From: Oscillospiraceae bacterium
GTDB taxonomy: Bacteria > Bacillota > Clostridia > Oscillospirales > Acutalibacteraceae
Direction: 5' to 3'
Length of the DNA: 47,905 nucleotides
Assembly (NCBI GenBank): GCA_019422905.1
Contig: JAHZCM010000003.1
Coordinates: 1 to 47,905, forward strand
Shown here piece by piece: positions 21,466-32,604 of the stretch. Position 1 is the first letter of the stretch, and every line of letters starts with the position of its first letter. The translations under genes and the position numbers were made by a program. The notes beneath the pieces are model-generated. The model made no database searches, was not told where the DNA came from, and was given only the letters and a program-made list of their open reading frames with translations.

Positions 21466-21700
21466 TCATTCCGGATTGAGCATCAGAGCTTTTGACCTGC
21501 GCGCTTTACAAAGCGGCGGAGCTGAGGCATTTTCGGCGTCTTTCGCAGAGTGTAAAACACGACCGCAGCGCAAAGAGCAAGAGGTGCGGAGATTCGGTAA
21601 GCCGGTTTGAAGGGAGTACATTCCGGGGACTGCCTTATGCTCCGTAAGAAATACCGGATGCTTGGTTTAATCTCGGGCATATAATCATATCATAATTGTG

Positions 21701-21740
21701 AAAGGGAGAACAGCAGCGCTGCCGTTCTCCCTTCTTTTTA
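21701..21740. terminator. Probable bidirectional terminator between the convergent GNAT genes
   Basis: AAGGGAGAAC...GTTCTCCCTT followed by CTTTTT. Confidence 0.7.
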
Positions 21741-22077
21741 TACCCTTTTAATTTGTCTGATGCACGGTGGGACGCTTTGCCCGGAATTCCGCGTTTTGTC
21801 CGTCGTGGCGCACGGGTGGAGTTCCGGATTCATGCCGGTAGAAGCCATCCCGTTGATCCGATGCGGGCAGACCGGCTCCGCGCTGTTGGTCGGATTGCTC
21901 CGTCATCCGCATACACAGCGCACATGGGTTTATGCGAAAAAGGCCGCTGTCTGCCTGTGCCAATGCATGATGGTGCCATCCGCATGCAGAACGTCGAAAG
22001 CTGGACCAAAACTATGATAACAAATGCCGCTCGGCCGAATTTCAAGCTTCAATGGGATTGCTACAATGGAATAGACC

Positions 22078-22629
22078 TTAAAGCGGCTTTGCCATCAGAA
22101 TCTCGTCCGCATAAGTGCCGTCCTTATATTTCATGGCATGTGGACGTGTGCCGAAGGCCTTGAAGCCCAGGCTCTCGTAAAGGTGCTGCGCGCGTGTGTT
22201 GCCCGCCACGACCTCCAGCTCCGCCTGCTCGTAACCGAGCGCTTCGGCGGTTTCCAAAACCATTTCGAGCATCCGCCGGCCGATGCCCAGCCCGCAGTAC
22301 TTCTGATACAGCGCGATAGCGATGCCGCAGCGATGCAAAACGCGCCGTGGATTCCCCTGCGACATGAGGCTGCAGTTGCCCGCATGCTCGCCGTCGATGA
22401 AGGCGAGCAGCATCCCTTCGCGCGGGTCGTCAAGGCGTGCCTGTAAAAATGTCTCTTCCTGCTCGACAGTCAGTGTGATTTCCTCCGGCTCGCGCAGCAG
22501 GAACGGCGTTTCCGTCGCCGTGACTTTCATATACTCGATCAATATCGTAGAATCCCTCGCAGGATCCGCACTGCGGAGAACACAAATGCGCCCATCCTTC
22601 AATTTAAATTCTTTTTCCGCAAAATGCAT
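22078..22629 (-). CDS. GNAT family N-acetyltransferase (RimJ/RimL-like)
   Basis: YCGLGIGRRML, LEVVAGNTRAQHLYESLGF; RBS GAAAGGGG before ATG 22629. Confidence 0.85.
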   Translation of the reverse strand: MHFAEKEFKLKDGRICVLRSADPARDSTILIEYMKVTATETPFLLREPEEITLTVEQEETFLQARLDDPREGMLLAFIDGEHAGNCSLMSQGNPRRVLHRCGIAIALYQKYCGLGIGRRMLEMVLETAEALGYEQAELEVVAGNTRAQHLYESLGFKAFGTRPHAMKYKDGTYADEILMAKPL

Positions 22630-22823
22630 GTTTGCGCCGCCCCTTTCACCAAGATGCCTGAAGTTTATTTTTACCAGTATAGCACGGAATTTTGAAATAG
22701 CAAGAAAAATTTTTTCATGTGACAGATTCCGGCAAAATCTGTTCTCTGTACATGGTATTCTATATGCGCAGGGCAGGGACAAGCCCCCAAAGGAAAGCCG
22801 CCGGGCGGAAGGAGGAAGCGCGT

Positions 22824-23624
22824 ATGGTTTTTACCGAAAGAAAAAGACTCGTGGAGCTGGCGCCGGACAAGATTGTGCCGAATCCCAACCAGCCGCGCAG
22901 GGACTTCCCGAAGGAGGAGCTGGAACAGCTCGCGGAAAGCATACGGCAGAACGGGCTTTTGCAGCCGATCATTGTTCGGCGCGACCGGGACGTATACGTT
23001 TTGGTCGCCGGCGAGAGGCGCTGGCGCGCTTCCAAAATGGCGGGGCTTCGAACGATTCCGGCGATCGTGCAGGATTACAGCGCCAAGGAGGGCGCGGTGC
23101 TTGCACTGATCGAGAACATGCAGCGCAGTGATTTGAATTTTTTTGAAGAGGCCGCGGCGATTTACGCCCTGATGCGCGACCGCGGAATGACGCAGGAGGA
23201 GACGGCGAGGCGGCTCGGAATGAGCCAGCCCGCCCTCGCAAACAAAATCCGGCTTTTGCGCCTTTCGGGCGAAGAGCAGCGGATTATTCTGGAGAATCGG
23301 CTGACGGAGCGGCATGCCCGCGCAATGCTGCGGGTAGAGGATCCCATCCGGCGCATACAACTGATCAAAACGGTTGTAGAGCGCAGGCTGAATGTGGCGC
23401 AGACCGAAGCGCTGGTCAAGGAAGTGCTGGAGGAAAAGCCAGAGGTCAGAAAGCCGAAGCGCACCTTTATTGCGAAGGATGTGCGGCTGTTCCTCAACAC
23501 GATCGACCATGCGGTGAGTGCCATGAAGGACGCCGGCATCCGGGCCGTTTCTCAGAGAAGGGAGACGGACGACTATTTTGAGTGTGTCGTCCGCATCCCG
23601 AAAATCAATTCGAGTACGAGGTAA
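22824..23624 (+). CDS. noc: Nucleoid occlusion protein Noc-like ParB paralogue
   Basis: PNPNQPR, AGERRWRA, HTH SQPALANKIRLL...ERHAR (Noc-type Q/K/R residues), C-terminal DVRLFLNTI; located between rsmG and soj. Confidence 0.82.
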   Translation: MVFTERKRLVELAPDKIVPNPNQPRRDFPKEELEQLAESIRQNGLLQPIIVRRDRDVYVLVAGERRWRASKMAGLRTIPAIVQDYSAKEGAVLALIENMQRSDLNFFEEAAAIYALMRDRGMTQEETARRLGMSQPALANKIRLLRLSGEEQRIILENRLTERHARAMLRVEDPIRRIQLIKTVVERRLNVAQTEALVKEVLEEKPEVRKPKRTFIAKDVRLFLNTIDHAVSAMKDAGIRAVSQRRETDDYFECVVRIPKINSSTR

Positions 23625-23691
23625 ACCCATTCCCTTATTCATTTCCCACAACGCAGGAGGACTGTCGGCAAAACCGGCGGTCCTTTTGCGT

Positions 23692-23707
23692 TGTTTCACG
23701 TGAAACA
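23692..23707. promoter_or_regulatory. parS site upstream of parA
   Basis: Perfect TGTTTCACGTGAAACA directly after the hairpin (23650-23692) that follows noc. Confidence 0.92.
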
Positions 23708-23825
23708 TGCCGGAAACGGCAAAAACATCGATTTTACTCTTTATTCCGCGCAAAAAGTGTGATACAATAAGCTACGCACAAAAGATTACAGGCATTTTGC
23801 AAAAGATAAGGAAAGGAGCGCGGAT

Positions 23826-24590
23826 ATGAGCAAGGTCATTGCCGTTGCAAACCAGAAGGGCGGCGTGGGCAAAACCACAAGCGCGGTCAATATTGCCGCG
23901 TGGCTCGGCGCAAAAGGGAAGAACACGCTGCTTGTGGATATCGATCCGCAGGGCAATTCGACGAGCGGCGTGGGCTTTGACCGCCGGAGCCTGGAGACAA
24001 CGTCCTACGATATTCTGATTAACGGCGCGAAGGGACAGGAGGCCGTGCTGAAAACCGCGTTTGAAAAGCTGTCCCTCATTCCGTCGTCGGCGGATCTGGC
24101 CGCCGCGGAGATCGAACTTGCGGAGATTCCCGCGCGGGAGGCCGTTTTGAAGAATGCGCTGGCCCCCTTGCGCGCCGCCTACGATTATATTATCATAGAC
24201 TGCCCGCCGTCTCTCGGGCTGATCACAACGAATGCGCTGAACGCGGCGGATTCGGTGCTGATTCCGGTGCAGTGCGAGTATTACGCGCTGGAGGGCCTTT
24301 CCCAGCTCATGAATTCGGTGCAGGCGGTCAAGCGGCGCTACAACGACAGGCTGGAGCTGGAGGGCGTGCTGCTCACGATGTACGACGGGCGGCTGAACCT
24401 GACGCAGCAGGTGGTGACGGAAATCAAGAAATATTTTCCGCGCAAGGTCTTTTCCACGGTGATCCCCCGCACCGTGCGGCTTTCCGAGGCGCCAAGCTAC
24501 GGGCAGCCGGTCCTGTATTACGACCGCTCCAACAAGGGCAGCCAGGCCTATGGCGCGCTCACCGATGAAATTTTGAAGAAAAATCGATGA
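23826..24590 (+). CDS. soj: ParA/Soj ATPase
   Basis: NQKGGVGKTT, DIDPQGN, DCPPSLG, PVQCEYYALEGL, EAPSYG. Confidence 0.96.
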   Translation: MSKVIAVANQKGGVGKTTSAVNIAAWLGAKGKNTLLVDIDPQGNSTSGVGFDRRSLETTSYDILINGAKGQEAVLKTAFEKLSLIPSSADLAAAEIELAEIPAREAVLKNALAPLRAAYDYIIIDCPPSLGLITTNALNAADSVLIPVQCEYYALEGLSQLMNSVQAVKRRYNDRLELEGVLLTMYDGRLNLTQQVVTEIKKYFPRKVFSTVIPRTVRLSEAPSYGQPVLYYDRSNKGSQAYGALTDEILKKNR

Positions 24591-24633
24591 CCCGGTGCTT
24601 ACCGGACACAAAACGAGGAGGGATTTTCTCTAT

Positions 24634-25485
24634 ATGGCGAAAAAAGGCGGCCTCGGCAAGGGGCTGGACGCGATTTTTCACGATAACGCCCGCTCCGATG
24701 AGAGCGGCGCGGTGGAGCTGAATATCAACGAGCTGGAGCCGAACCGGAGCCAGCCCCGCAAGAATTTCAGCGACGAGGCTTTGAGTGAGCTGGCGGATTC
24801 CATCGCACAGCACGGGGTTTTGCAGCCGCTTCTTGTGCGGCCGCTTTTGAGCGGCGGGTATCAGATCGTCGCCGGCGAGCGGCGCTGGCGCGCCTCGCGC
24901 ATGGCCGGCTTGACCACGGTGCCGGTGCTGATCCGCGAGCTGACGGACAGCGAGGTCATGCAGCTCGCGTTGATTGAAAACCTCCAGCGGGAGGATTTAA
25001 AGCCGCTCGAGGAGGCGCAGGGCTATCAGGATCTGATCGACGCATACGGCTTTACGCAGGACGAGATTTCAAAAACAGTGGGTAAATCCCGCCCGGCGGT
25101 CACAAACGCCCTGCGGCTTTTGAATCTGCCGAAGGAAGTGCAGATTCGCCTCGAGCACGGCGAGCTGAGCGCGGGCCATGCGCGCACGCTTTTGAGCTTT
25201 AAGAATGAGGAGGCCATGAAAGCGGCGGCAAAGCGCGCCGCGGAGGAAGGCTTATCCGTCCGAGAGCTGGAAAAAATGGCAAAGCGGTCCAATGAGGAAA
25301 AGCCGGAGCCAGCGCGGCCGGCGCGGCGCATCCGTTATTACGACGAGGCGGAGCTCGCCCTGCGCGATACGCTGAACCGCGTCGTGCATGTGGGGGGCAC
25401 AAAGAAAAAAGGCGCCCTCACCATTGAATTTTACGGCGAGGAGGATTTGAAAAATCTGCTGGAAGAGCTGAAGCTCAACGCTTGA
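24634..25485 (+). CDS. spo0J: ParB/Spo0J partition protein
   Basis: GLGKGLDA N-terminus, GERRWRA, ENLQREDL, SRPAVTNALRLL, SAGHAR. Confidence 0.95.
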   Translation: MAKKGGLGKGLDAIFHDNARSDESGAVELNINELEPNRSQPRKNFSDEALSELADSIAQHGVLQPLLVRPLLSGGYQIVAGERRWRASRMAGLTTVPVLIRELTDSEVMQLALIENLQREDLKPLEEAQGYQDLIDAYGFTQDEISKTVGKSRPAVTNALRLLNLPKEVQIRLEHGELSAGHARTLLSFKNEEAMKAAAKRAAEEGLSVRELEKMAKRSNEEKPEPARPARRIRYYDEAELALRDTLNRVVHVGGTKKKGALTIEFYGEEDLKNLLEELKLNA

Positions 25486-25510
25486 TAAAGGTTTGAAAGG
25501 AAGACGGAAT

Positions 25511-26797
25511 ATGATAGACATTAAATTTTTGAGAGAAAACCCGGATGTAGTTCGTGAGAACATCAAAAAGAAGTTTCAGGATGCAAAGCTCCCGCTGGTT
25601 GACGAGGTCATTGCACTCGATGTGGAGAAGCGTGCGACCCAGCAGAAGGCCGACGGCCTGCGTGCATCCCGCAACAAGCTCTCCAAGCAGATCGGCGCGC
25701 TGATGGGGCAGGGCAAGCGCGAGGAGGCCGAGCAGGTCAAGGCGCAGGTCAAGGCGCAGTCCGATGAGCTGCTCGATGCGGAGGCAAAGGAAAAGGAGCT
25801 GGACGAGCGCATCCTTAAAATCATGATGACGATCCCGAATATCATCGATGCGAGCGTTCCGGTCGGCCGCGACGACAGCGAAAACGTGGAGGTGGAGCGC
25901 TTTGGCGAGCCGGTCGTGCCGGGCTTCCCGATCCCCTATCATACGGAAATCATGGAGCGCTTCAACGGCATCGATCTCGACGCGGCGCGCCGTGTGGCGG
26001 GCAACGGCTTTTATTACCTGATGGGCGATATCGCGCGCCTGCATTCGGCCGTCATTGCCTATGCGCGCGATTTTATGATCGAGCGCGGCTTCACCTATGT
26101 GATTCCGCCGTATATGATCCGCAGTGACGTTGTTACCGGCGTCATGAGCTTTGCGGAAATGGATGCCATGATGTATAAGATTGAGGGCGAGGATCTGTAT
26201 CTCGTCGGTACCAGCGAGCACTCGATGATCGGCAAGTTTATCGACCAGATCCTGCCTGAGGCCGAGCTGCCGCTGACGCTTACGAGCTATTCGCCCTGCT
26301 TCCGCAAGGAGAAGGGCGCGCACGGCATCGAGGAGCGCGGCGTGTACCGCATCCATCAGTTTGAAAAGCAGGAGATGATCGTCGTCTGTAAGCCGGAGGA
26401 TTCGATGGCGTGGTACGACAAGCTCTGGAAAAATACGGTCGATCTGTTCCGCAGCATGGATATCCCGGTGCGCACGCTGGAATGCTGCTCCGGTGATCTG
26501 GCCGATCTCAAAGTCAAGTCGGTGGATGTTGAGGCGTGGTCGCCCCGCCAGAAGAAGTATTTTGAGGTGGGAAGCTGCTCGAACCTCGGCGACGCACAGG
26601 CGCGCCGCCTGCGTATCCGTGTCAGCGGTGAAAACGGCAAGTACCTCGCGCACACGCTGAACAATACGGTCGTCGCCCCGCCGCGCATGCTGATCGCGTT
26701 CCTCGAGAACAATTTGCAGGCAGACGGAAGCGTCCGCATTCCGGAAGCGCTGCGCCCGTATATGGGCGGCAAGGAAGTCATTGTGCCGAAAAAGTAA
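25511..26797 (+). CDS. serS: Serine--tRNA ligase
   Basis: MIDIKFLREN, GTSEH, FRKEKG, RIHQFEKQE, EVGSCSN, HTLN. Confidence 0.97.
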   Translation: MIDIKFLRENPDVVRENIKKKFQDAKLPLVDEVIALDVEKRATQQKADGLRASRNKLSKQIGALMGQGKREEAEQVKAQVKAQSDELLDAEAKEKELDERILKIMMTIPNIIDASVPVGRDDSENVEVERFGEPVVPGFPIPYHTEIMERFNGIDLDAARRVAGNGFYYLMGDIARLHSAVIAYARDFMIERGFTYVIPPYMIRSDVVTGVMSFAEMDAMMYKIEGEDLYLVGTSEHSMIGKFIDQILPEAELPLTLTSYSPCFRKEKGAHGIEERGVYRIHQFEKQEMIVVCKPEDSMAWYDKLWKNTVDLFRSMDIPVRTLECCSGDLADLKVKSVDVEAWSPRQKKYFEVGSCSNLGDAQARRLRIRVSGENGKYLAHTLNNTVVAPPRMLIAFLENNLQADGSVRIPEALRPYMGGKEVIVPKK

Positions 26798-26813
26798 AAT
26801 ATTGAAAAAAGCG

Positions 26814-26854
26814 GCCGGCAGAGCGCGTTTTATGCGCTTGCCGGCTTAACTTTT
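26814..26854 (+). terminator. Intrinsic terminator after serS
   Basis: GCCGGCAGAGCGC...GCGCTTGCCGGC stem followed by TTAACTTTT. Confidence 0.65.
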
Positions 26855-26872
26855 CGGTTTTTAAGCATTGGC

Positions 26873-27148
26873 TGTGAAAAACTTTTCCTGCGGAGAAGTG
26901 GAAAACAGGGAAAGCTGCATACGGATATGCAGAATTTATGCATATTGGAATCAACGATCATTTGGAAGAAAAAGGCGGGATCGTGCAAAAATTCCGAAAA
27001 GATGTCCGCGAATAACGCACAAAGCGGAAAAAGGCTGTCGGAAATCGAGTGAATAAAAATACAAAATATTCGTGAAAAAGGATGTGGAAAACTCGGTGGA
27101 AAGTGTGGAAAAGCACACGGTGTAGTGGCAAAACGCTTGTTTTTCACA
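26873..27148. promoter_or_regulatory. DnaA-box cluster outside oriC
   Basis: Four perfect TTWTNCACA matches (26873, 27083, 27104, 27140) and several with 1-2 mismatches. Confidence 0.6.
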
Positions 27149-27267
27149 ATTTATCGGAGCCATGTTGAATAGAAAAATGACAGGAGCATGCAAGGACCTT
27201 TGCGAAAAACAAAACCAAAGCAGGGGCGGAAAGAACGCGGGGCAGCCGGGTAACACGGAATAATATC

Positions 27268-27306
27268 AAAAAGACGGATAAGCATACTGCTTTATCCGTC
27301 TTTTTT
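27268..27306. terminator. Bidirectional terminator at the end of the MFS gene
   Basis: AAAAAGACGGATAA...TTATCCGTCTTTTT. Confidence 0.8.
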
Positions 27307-27321
27307 GAATGCAGCGGAGAT

Positions 27322-28542
27322 TTAGGCTTGCTTGGTTTGCAGTGCGTCTTCATCCTTGCGTGTCAGGAGAAAGCTCAGGACGAAGACCAGGATGGAGAAG
27401 AACATGACGCCGCCGGCGATAAGATAAAGGGGCTTGCCGCCGAGCGTATCAAACAGGAAGCCGCCCAGCAGGTTGCCGAGAATGCCTGCAATCTGGGAAA
27501 CCGAAACGAACAGGCCGTGCGCGGTGGCGCGCAGATGTACGGGCGCCAGCTCATAAATATAGTTCGTAGCCGTGCCGAAGAACAGGCCGTTGCCAAGACC
27601 GAAGAAAGAGGCGAAAATGATAAATTGCACCAGATTGGAAACAAAGAAACCGAGCAGCAGGCATTCGATACCCATAATGGCGGCGGCAAGGATGATCAGA
27701 TAGCGCAGCGGGAAGCGGCGCCGCAGCTTCACGCTGAAAAACAGAAACGGGAGCTCCATGATCGCACGGACCGAAAGCACAAGCCCGATATTGGTGCTGT
27801 CCACATTGATTTCAGACATCAGGTAAGGCAGGAAGTTGCTTTCAAAGGCCGTGGAAAGATAAAAGAAAAAGGCAAAAACCAGAAAGGTGACGAAGCGCCG
27901 GTTTCGAAACAGCTCGCCCGCGCCCATACGGCTTTTTTTTGCGCGCCCGCCGGTCTGCGGCTCGCAGCAGAAAAAGACAAGAATGATCGTCGGTATCATC
28001 ACAAGCGCCGCAACCCAGAAGGTGCAGGAAATACCGAACGCCGGGATCAGGCAGTTGGAGGTAAGAATACCTGCTATTGCGAACAACAGCGAACCGCTGC
28101 TGCGGATTGTGCCGTAATTGAGATGGTGCTCCGCGCAGTTGCGCACCGTGAGATTATCGACGAAAGGCGACATCGGCGAACGAAAGAAATTGACGAAGGG
28201 AATCGCAACCAGGATCAGAAGCGTCGAATAGGCCTGCCCGGTAGGGATCAAGGGAATCAGGGCGAACAGCAGAACGCCGAGCGTAAGCGTCAGAACGACA
28301 ATTTTTCGCACGCTGCCGATCCGGTCGCTCACCATGCCCCAGAAGGTCATGGAAACAATGGCAACCGCGCAGGCGATCGCGTTTAGAAGGCCGAACTGCG
28401 AGGCGGGAAAGCCGTTGTTCTGCAGATAGACCGTCTGGTAACTGCCGACGGCCATCGAAGCCCAGAAGATGCCCTGTACCCCCGCGAGGCGCAGCGCCTC
28501 TGCGCGCTGCGGCGTCATCGGCGGAAAATGAAGTTTTCTCAT
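27322..28542 (-). CDS. MFS transporter (MFS_1-like sugar/nucleoside permease)
   Basis: About 12 hydrophobic segments; WGMVSDRIG, YGTIRSSGS, LRATAHG. Start uncertain (28542 or 28590). Confidence 0.85.
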   Translation of the reverse strand: MRKLHFPPMTPQRAEALRLAGVQGIFWASMAVGSYQTVYLQNNGFPASQFGLLNAIACAVAIVSMTFWGMVSDRIGSVRKIVVLTLTLGVLLFALIPLIPTGQAYSTLLILVAIPFVNFFRSPMSPFVDNLTVRNCAEHHLNYGTIRSSGSLLFAIAGILTSNCLIPAFGISCTFWVAALVMIPTIILVFFCCEPQTGGRAKKSRMGAGELFRNRRFVTFLVFAFFFYLSTAFESNFLPYLMSEINVDSTNIGLVLSVRAIMELPFLFFSVKLRRRFPLRYLIILAAAIMGIECLLLGFFVSNLVQFIIFASFFGLGNGLFFGTATNYIYELAPVHLRATAHGLFVSVSQIAGILGNLLGGFLFDTLGGKPLYLIAGGVMFFSILVFVLSFLLTRKDEDALQTKQA

Positions 28543-28776
28543 AAGTGGTGTTTCATTCCTTTTTTGTTTTTTCAATACAGCAACCCCCATGTGGTTCAGG
28601 TAAAGAGTATATCAAACCGGCGGCGCTGTCAAGATTTTTCTGCGCATTTTTTGGAGGCCGCAGGTAAATTTGGTATGCGGCGGAACGCGGGAAGCGGGAG
28701 TTGGTTTTTGTCGTTTTTCTATAAGAAGCCGCATCAAATCTGGAAAAATATCTCCGTTTTTCGGCGGCGGAAACAG

Positions 28777-28805
28777 TTGAAAAGCGGCGGGCAACGTGCT
28801 AAAAT
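28777..28805 (+). promoter_or_regulatory. Sigma-A promoter of guaB
   Basis: TTGAAA-17 bp-TAAAAT with extended TG. Confidence 0.6.
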
Positions 28806-28925
28806 CTAATATTAATAACTCCAGAACGGATGCGTGCATCGTGCGGTTTTTTGCAGGCATCCGGCATGTAAAAGCAGCGCTGCGCGGCCGGGCTCCGGCG
28901 CCGGTGAAAGTGAAAGGATGGTTGA

Positions 28926-30410
<1,485 letters not shown>

Positions 30411-30441
30411 TTGGAAACCGGTGCTTGAAAACCGGCGTTTC

Positions 30442-30471
30442 AAAGAACCCCTCCGGGCGAGGGGTTCTTTT
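30442..30471 (+). terminator. Intrinsic terminator after guaB
   Basis: AAAGAACCCCTC...GAGGGGTTCTTTT. Confidence 0.8.
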
Positions 30472-30864
30472 CATTATATGAATCGGATTCATGCTACATC
30501 TGCACCGTTTGAAGCGGACAAGTGCCATATATTGTGAATTTTTTTCAAATTACACCGAAAAATGCAGGAAAAGGAAAATAATCCGTCACGCGTGCGGAAA
30601 AATCCGCATAAATTCACAAAATTCGGCAATACGCGTGTTTTTGTGAAGAAGCGATTACAAATCTGAGACAAATTTGAAGCGGAAATTTGGCTTTCTTCAC
30701 AGCCCGTAAGCGAATTTTACAAAAAATATCCGAAAAGAAAAGTCTTTTTTCCTTTATTTGTCACTTGCGGGAAGTAAGTTTATGCGGTATTATATATGCA
30801 ATATGAATTTTCTTTGACTGGAAATTTCATAATTTTTAACCTACCAAATTAGGAGGAACAAGAA

Positions 30865-32604
30865 ATGAAACTGAAGAAGGTTTTGGCTCTGGTTCTTGCG
30901 CTGGCTTTGGTTGTCACGGCTTTCGCAGCCTGCGGCAACGGTGAGAGCTCCAGCACGAGTTCCGAGAGCAGCACTTCCGAAAGCTCCGCTGCGGATGACG
31001 GTGAGTCCTCTGCGGCTGCGCCTTCCGGCGAAGCGACAGCGATCTTTACACCGAAAGCGGTTGACGATGCGAAGAACATCAACCTGAATGCGGGCATGGA
31101 GCCGACGGGTCTGAATACGCTGACCTCCACCTACTCCATCGAATTCTCGATGTTCAAGCATATGTACGAGAACCTCGTCATGCTCGATGAGAACGACGGC
31201 GTTGTTCCGGCTGCGGCGGAGAGCTGGGATGTTGACGAGAGCAGCACGGTCTATACGTTCCATCTCCGTAAGGACGGCGTATGGACAAACGGCGATCCGG
31301 TTACGGCTTATGACTTTGAGTTTGCATGGAGCCAGGCTCTGAATCCGGAGATCGCTTCCGACTATGCATACTTCCTTTACATCCTGAAGAACGGCGAGGC
31401 GTACTACAAAGGCGAGTGCACCTGGGAAGACGTCGGCGTTAAGGCTCTGGACGAGTACACGCTGGAGGTTACGCTGGAGCAGCCCACGGCTTATGCTCTG
31501 AGCCAGTTCACATTCGGCACGTTCGCTCCGATCAACCAGAGATTCTATGAGGCTGTCGGCGCGGATCTCTATTCCACAGAGGCACAGTATTTCTGCACGA
31601 ACGGCGCGTTTGCCCTGACCGAGTGGACGCACAACGACAAGATCGTTATGCAGAAGAACGACGCTTGGCACGACGCTGCGAACGTTGAAGTTGAGCAGAT
31701 CACATGGAAGATCATCACCGACGCGAATGCGGCGCTCTCCTCCTTCCTCGCAGGCGAGCTGGATGTTGTCGCTCTTCCCACAGGCGAGCTGATCAAACAG
31801 GCCGAGGCGGCCGGTGCGGAAGTTCAGTCGTATTCCGACGGTTCTGCATTCTACATTTACTTCAACCACAACAACGAGTACCTCTCCAACGTAAATCTCA
31901 GAAGAGCGCTTGCCCTCGGCTTTGACAAGCAGGCGATGATCGACACGGTCTGGCAGAACAACAACCAGCCGATGACGTCCTTCACGAACCCCGGCGTTTC
32001 CGCGGCGGACGGCACCTCCTTTGCCGATAAGTGCGGCGAGCTTACACCGGTGAACGGCGATATTGAGAAGGCGAAGGAATACCTTGCAACGGCGCTTGAA
32101 GAGCTGAACTGCACGGTGGAGGATCTCTCTGCGGCCCTTTCCGTTGACTGCGGCGATTCTCCGACGGCCATGGCGGAAGCCTCCTTCTATCAGGAGCAGT
32201 GGAGACAGAACCTCGGCATCGAGGTCACGGTCAATCCGATGATCACGAAGCAGGGCTCTGAGAACCGCAAGACCGGCAACTATGTCATGTCCCTCACAGG
32301 CTGGGGCCCGGACTACAACGACCCGAACACCTTCCTGGATCTGTGGGTTACGGACGGCGGCAACAACCAGACCGGATTCTCCAATGCGGAGTATGACGAG
32401 CTGATTAAAAAGGCTGCTACGGAAACGGATCTTGAGGTTCGTGAGAGCTATTTCCTCCGCTGCGAGGAGATCATCGCGGAAGAGCTTCCGGTTGCGCATT
32501 CCTGGTGGAGAAATCCGTCCTATGCTTGCTCCGATAAGATTAAGGGCGGTCTGATTCGCACCATGAATCAGGACATCAATGCGGTTCATGTAAAGCTTTC
32601 CTAA
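30865..32604 (+). CDS. oppA: Oligopeptide ABC transporter substrate-binding lipoprotein
   Basis: Lipobox FAAC, Ser-rich linker, YTFHLR..WTNGDPVTAYDF, GWGPDYNDP. Confidence 0.92.
   Translation: MKLKKVLALVLALALVVTAFAACGNGESSSTSSESSTSESSAADDGESSAAAPSGEATAIFTPKAVDDAKNINLNAGMEPTGLNTLTSTYSIEFSMFKHMYENLVMLDENDGVVPAAAESWDVDESSTVYTFHLRKDGVWTNGDPVTAYDFEFAWSQALNPEIASDYAYFLYILKNGEAYYKGECTWEDVGVKALDEYTLEVTLEQPTAYALSQFTFGTFAPINQRFYEAVGADLYSTEAQYFCTNGAFALTEWTHNDKIVMQKNDAWHDAANVEVEQITWKIITDANAALSSFLAGELDVVALPTGELIKQAEAAGAEVQSYSDGSAFYIYFNHNNEYLSNVNLRRALALGFDKQAMIDTVWQNNNQPMTSFTNPGVSAADGTSFADKCGELTPVNGDIEKAKEYLATALEELNCTVEDLSAALSVDCGDSPTAMAEASFYQEQWRQNLGIEVTVNPMITKQGSENRKTGNYVMSLTGWGPDYNDPNTFLDLWVTDGGNNQTGFSNAEYDELIKKAATETDLEVRESYFLRCEEIIAEELPVAHSWWRNPSYACSDKIKGGLIRTMNQDINAVHVKLS

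Noticed and set aside
25486..25510. T-box leader expected before serS
   Set aside because: Only 25 nt separate spo0J and serS, leaving no room.
26798..27321. Possible tRNA-Ser after serS, and short ORFs in this gap
   Set aside because: No cloverleaf or T-loop GTTCGA; the ORFs are low-complexity translations of A-rich DNA.
30530..30701. A further DnaA-box-like cluster upstream of oppA
   Set aside because: Only 1-2 mismatch hits in AT-rich promoter DNA and none perfect.
30841..32589. 582-aa ORF antisense to oppA (similar ones oppose mnmE, serS, oppD, GH3, M28 and the MFS genes)
   Set aside because: Co-extensive with real genes, non-protein-like composition, and expected from codon usage.
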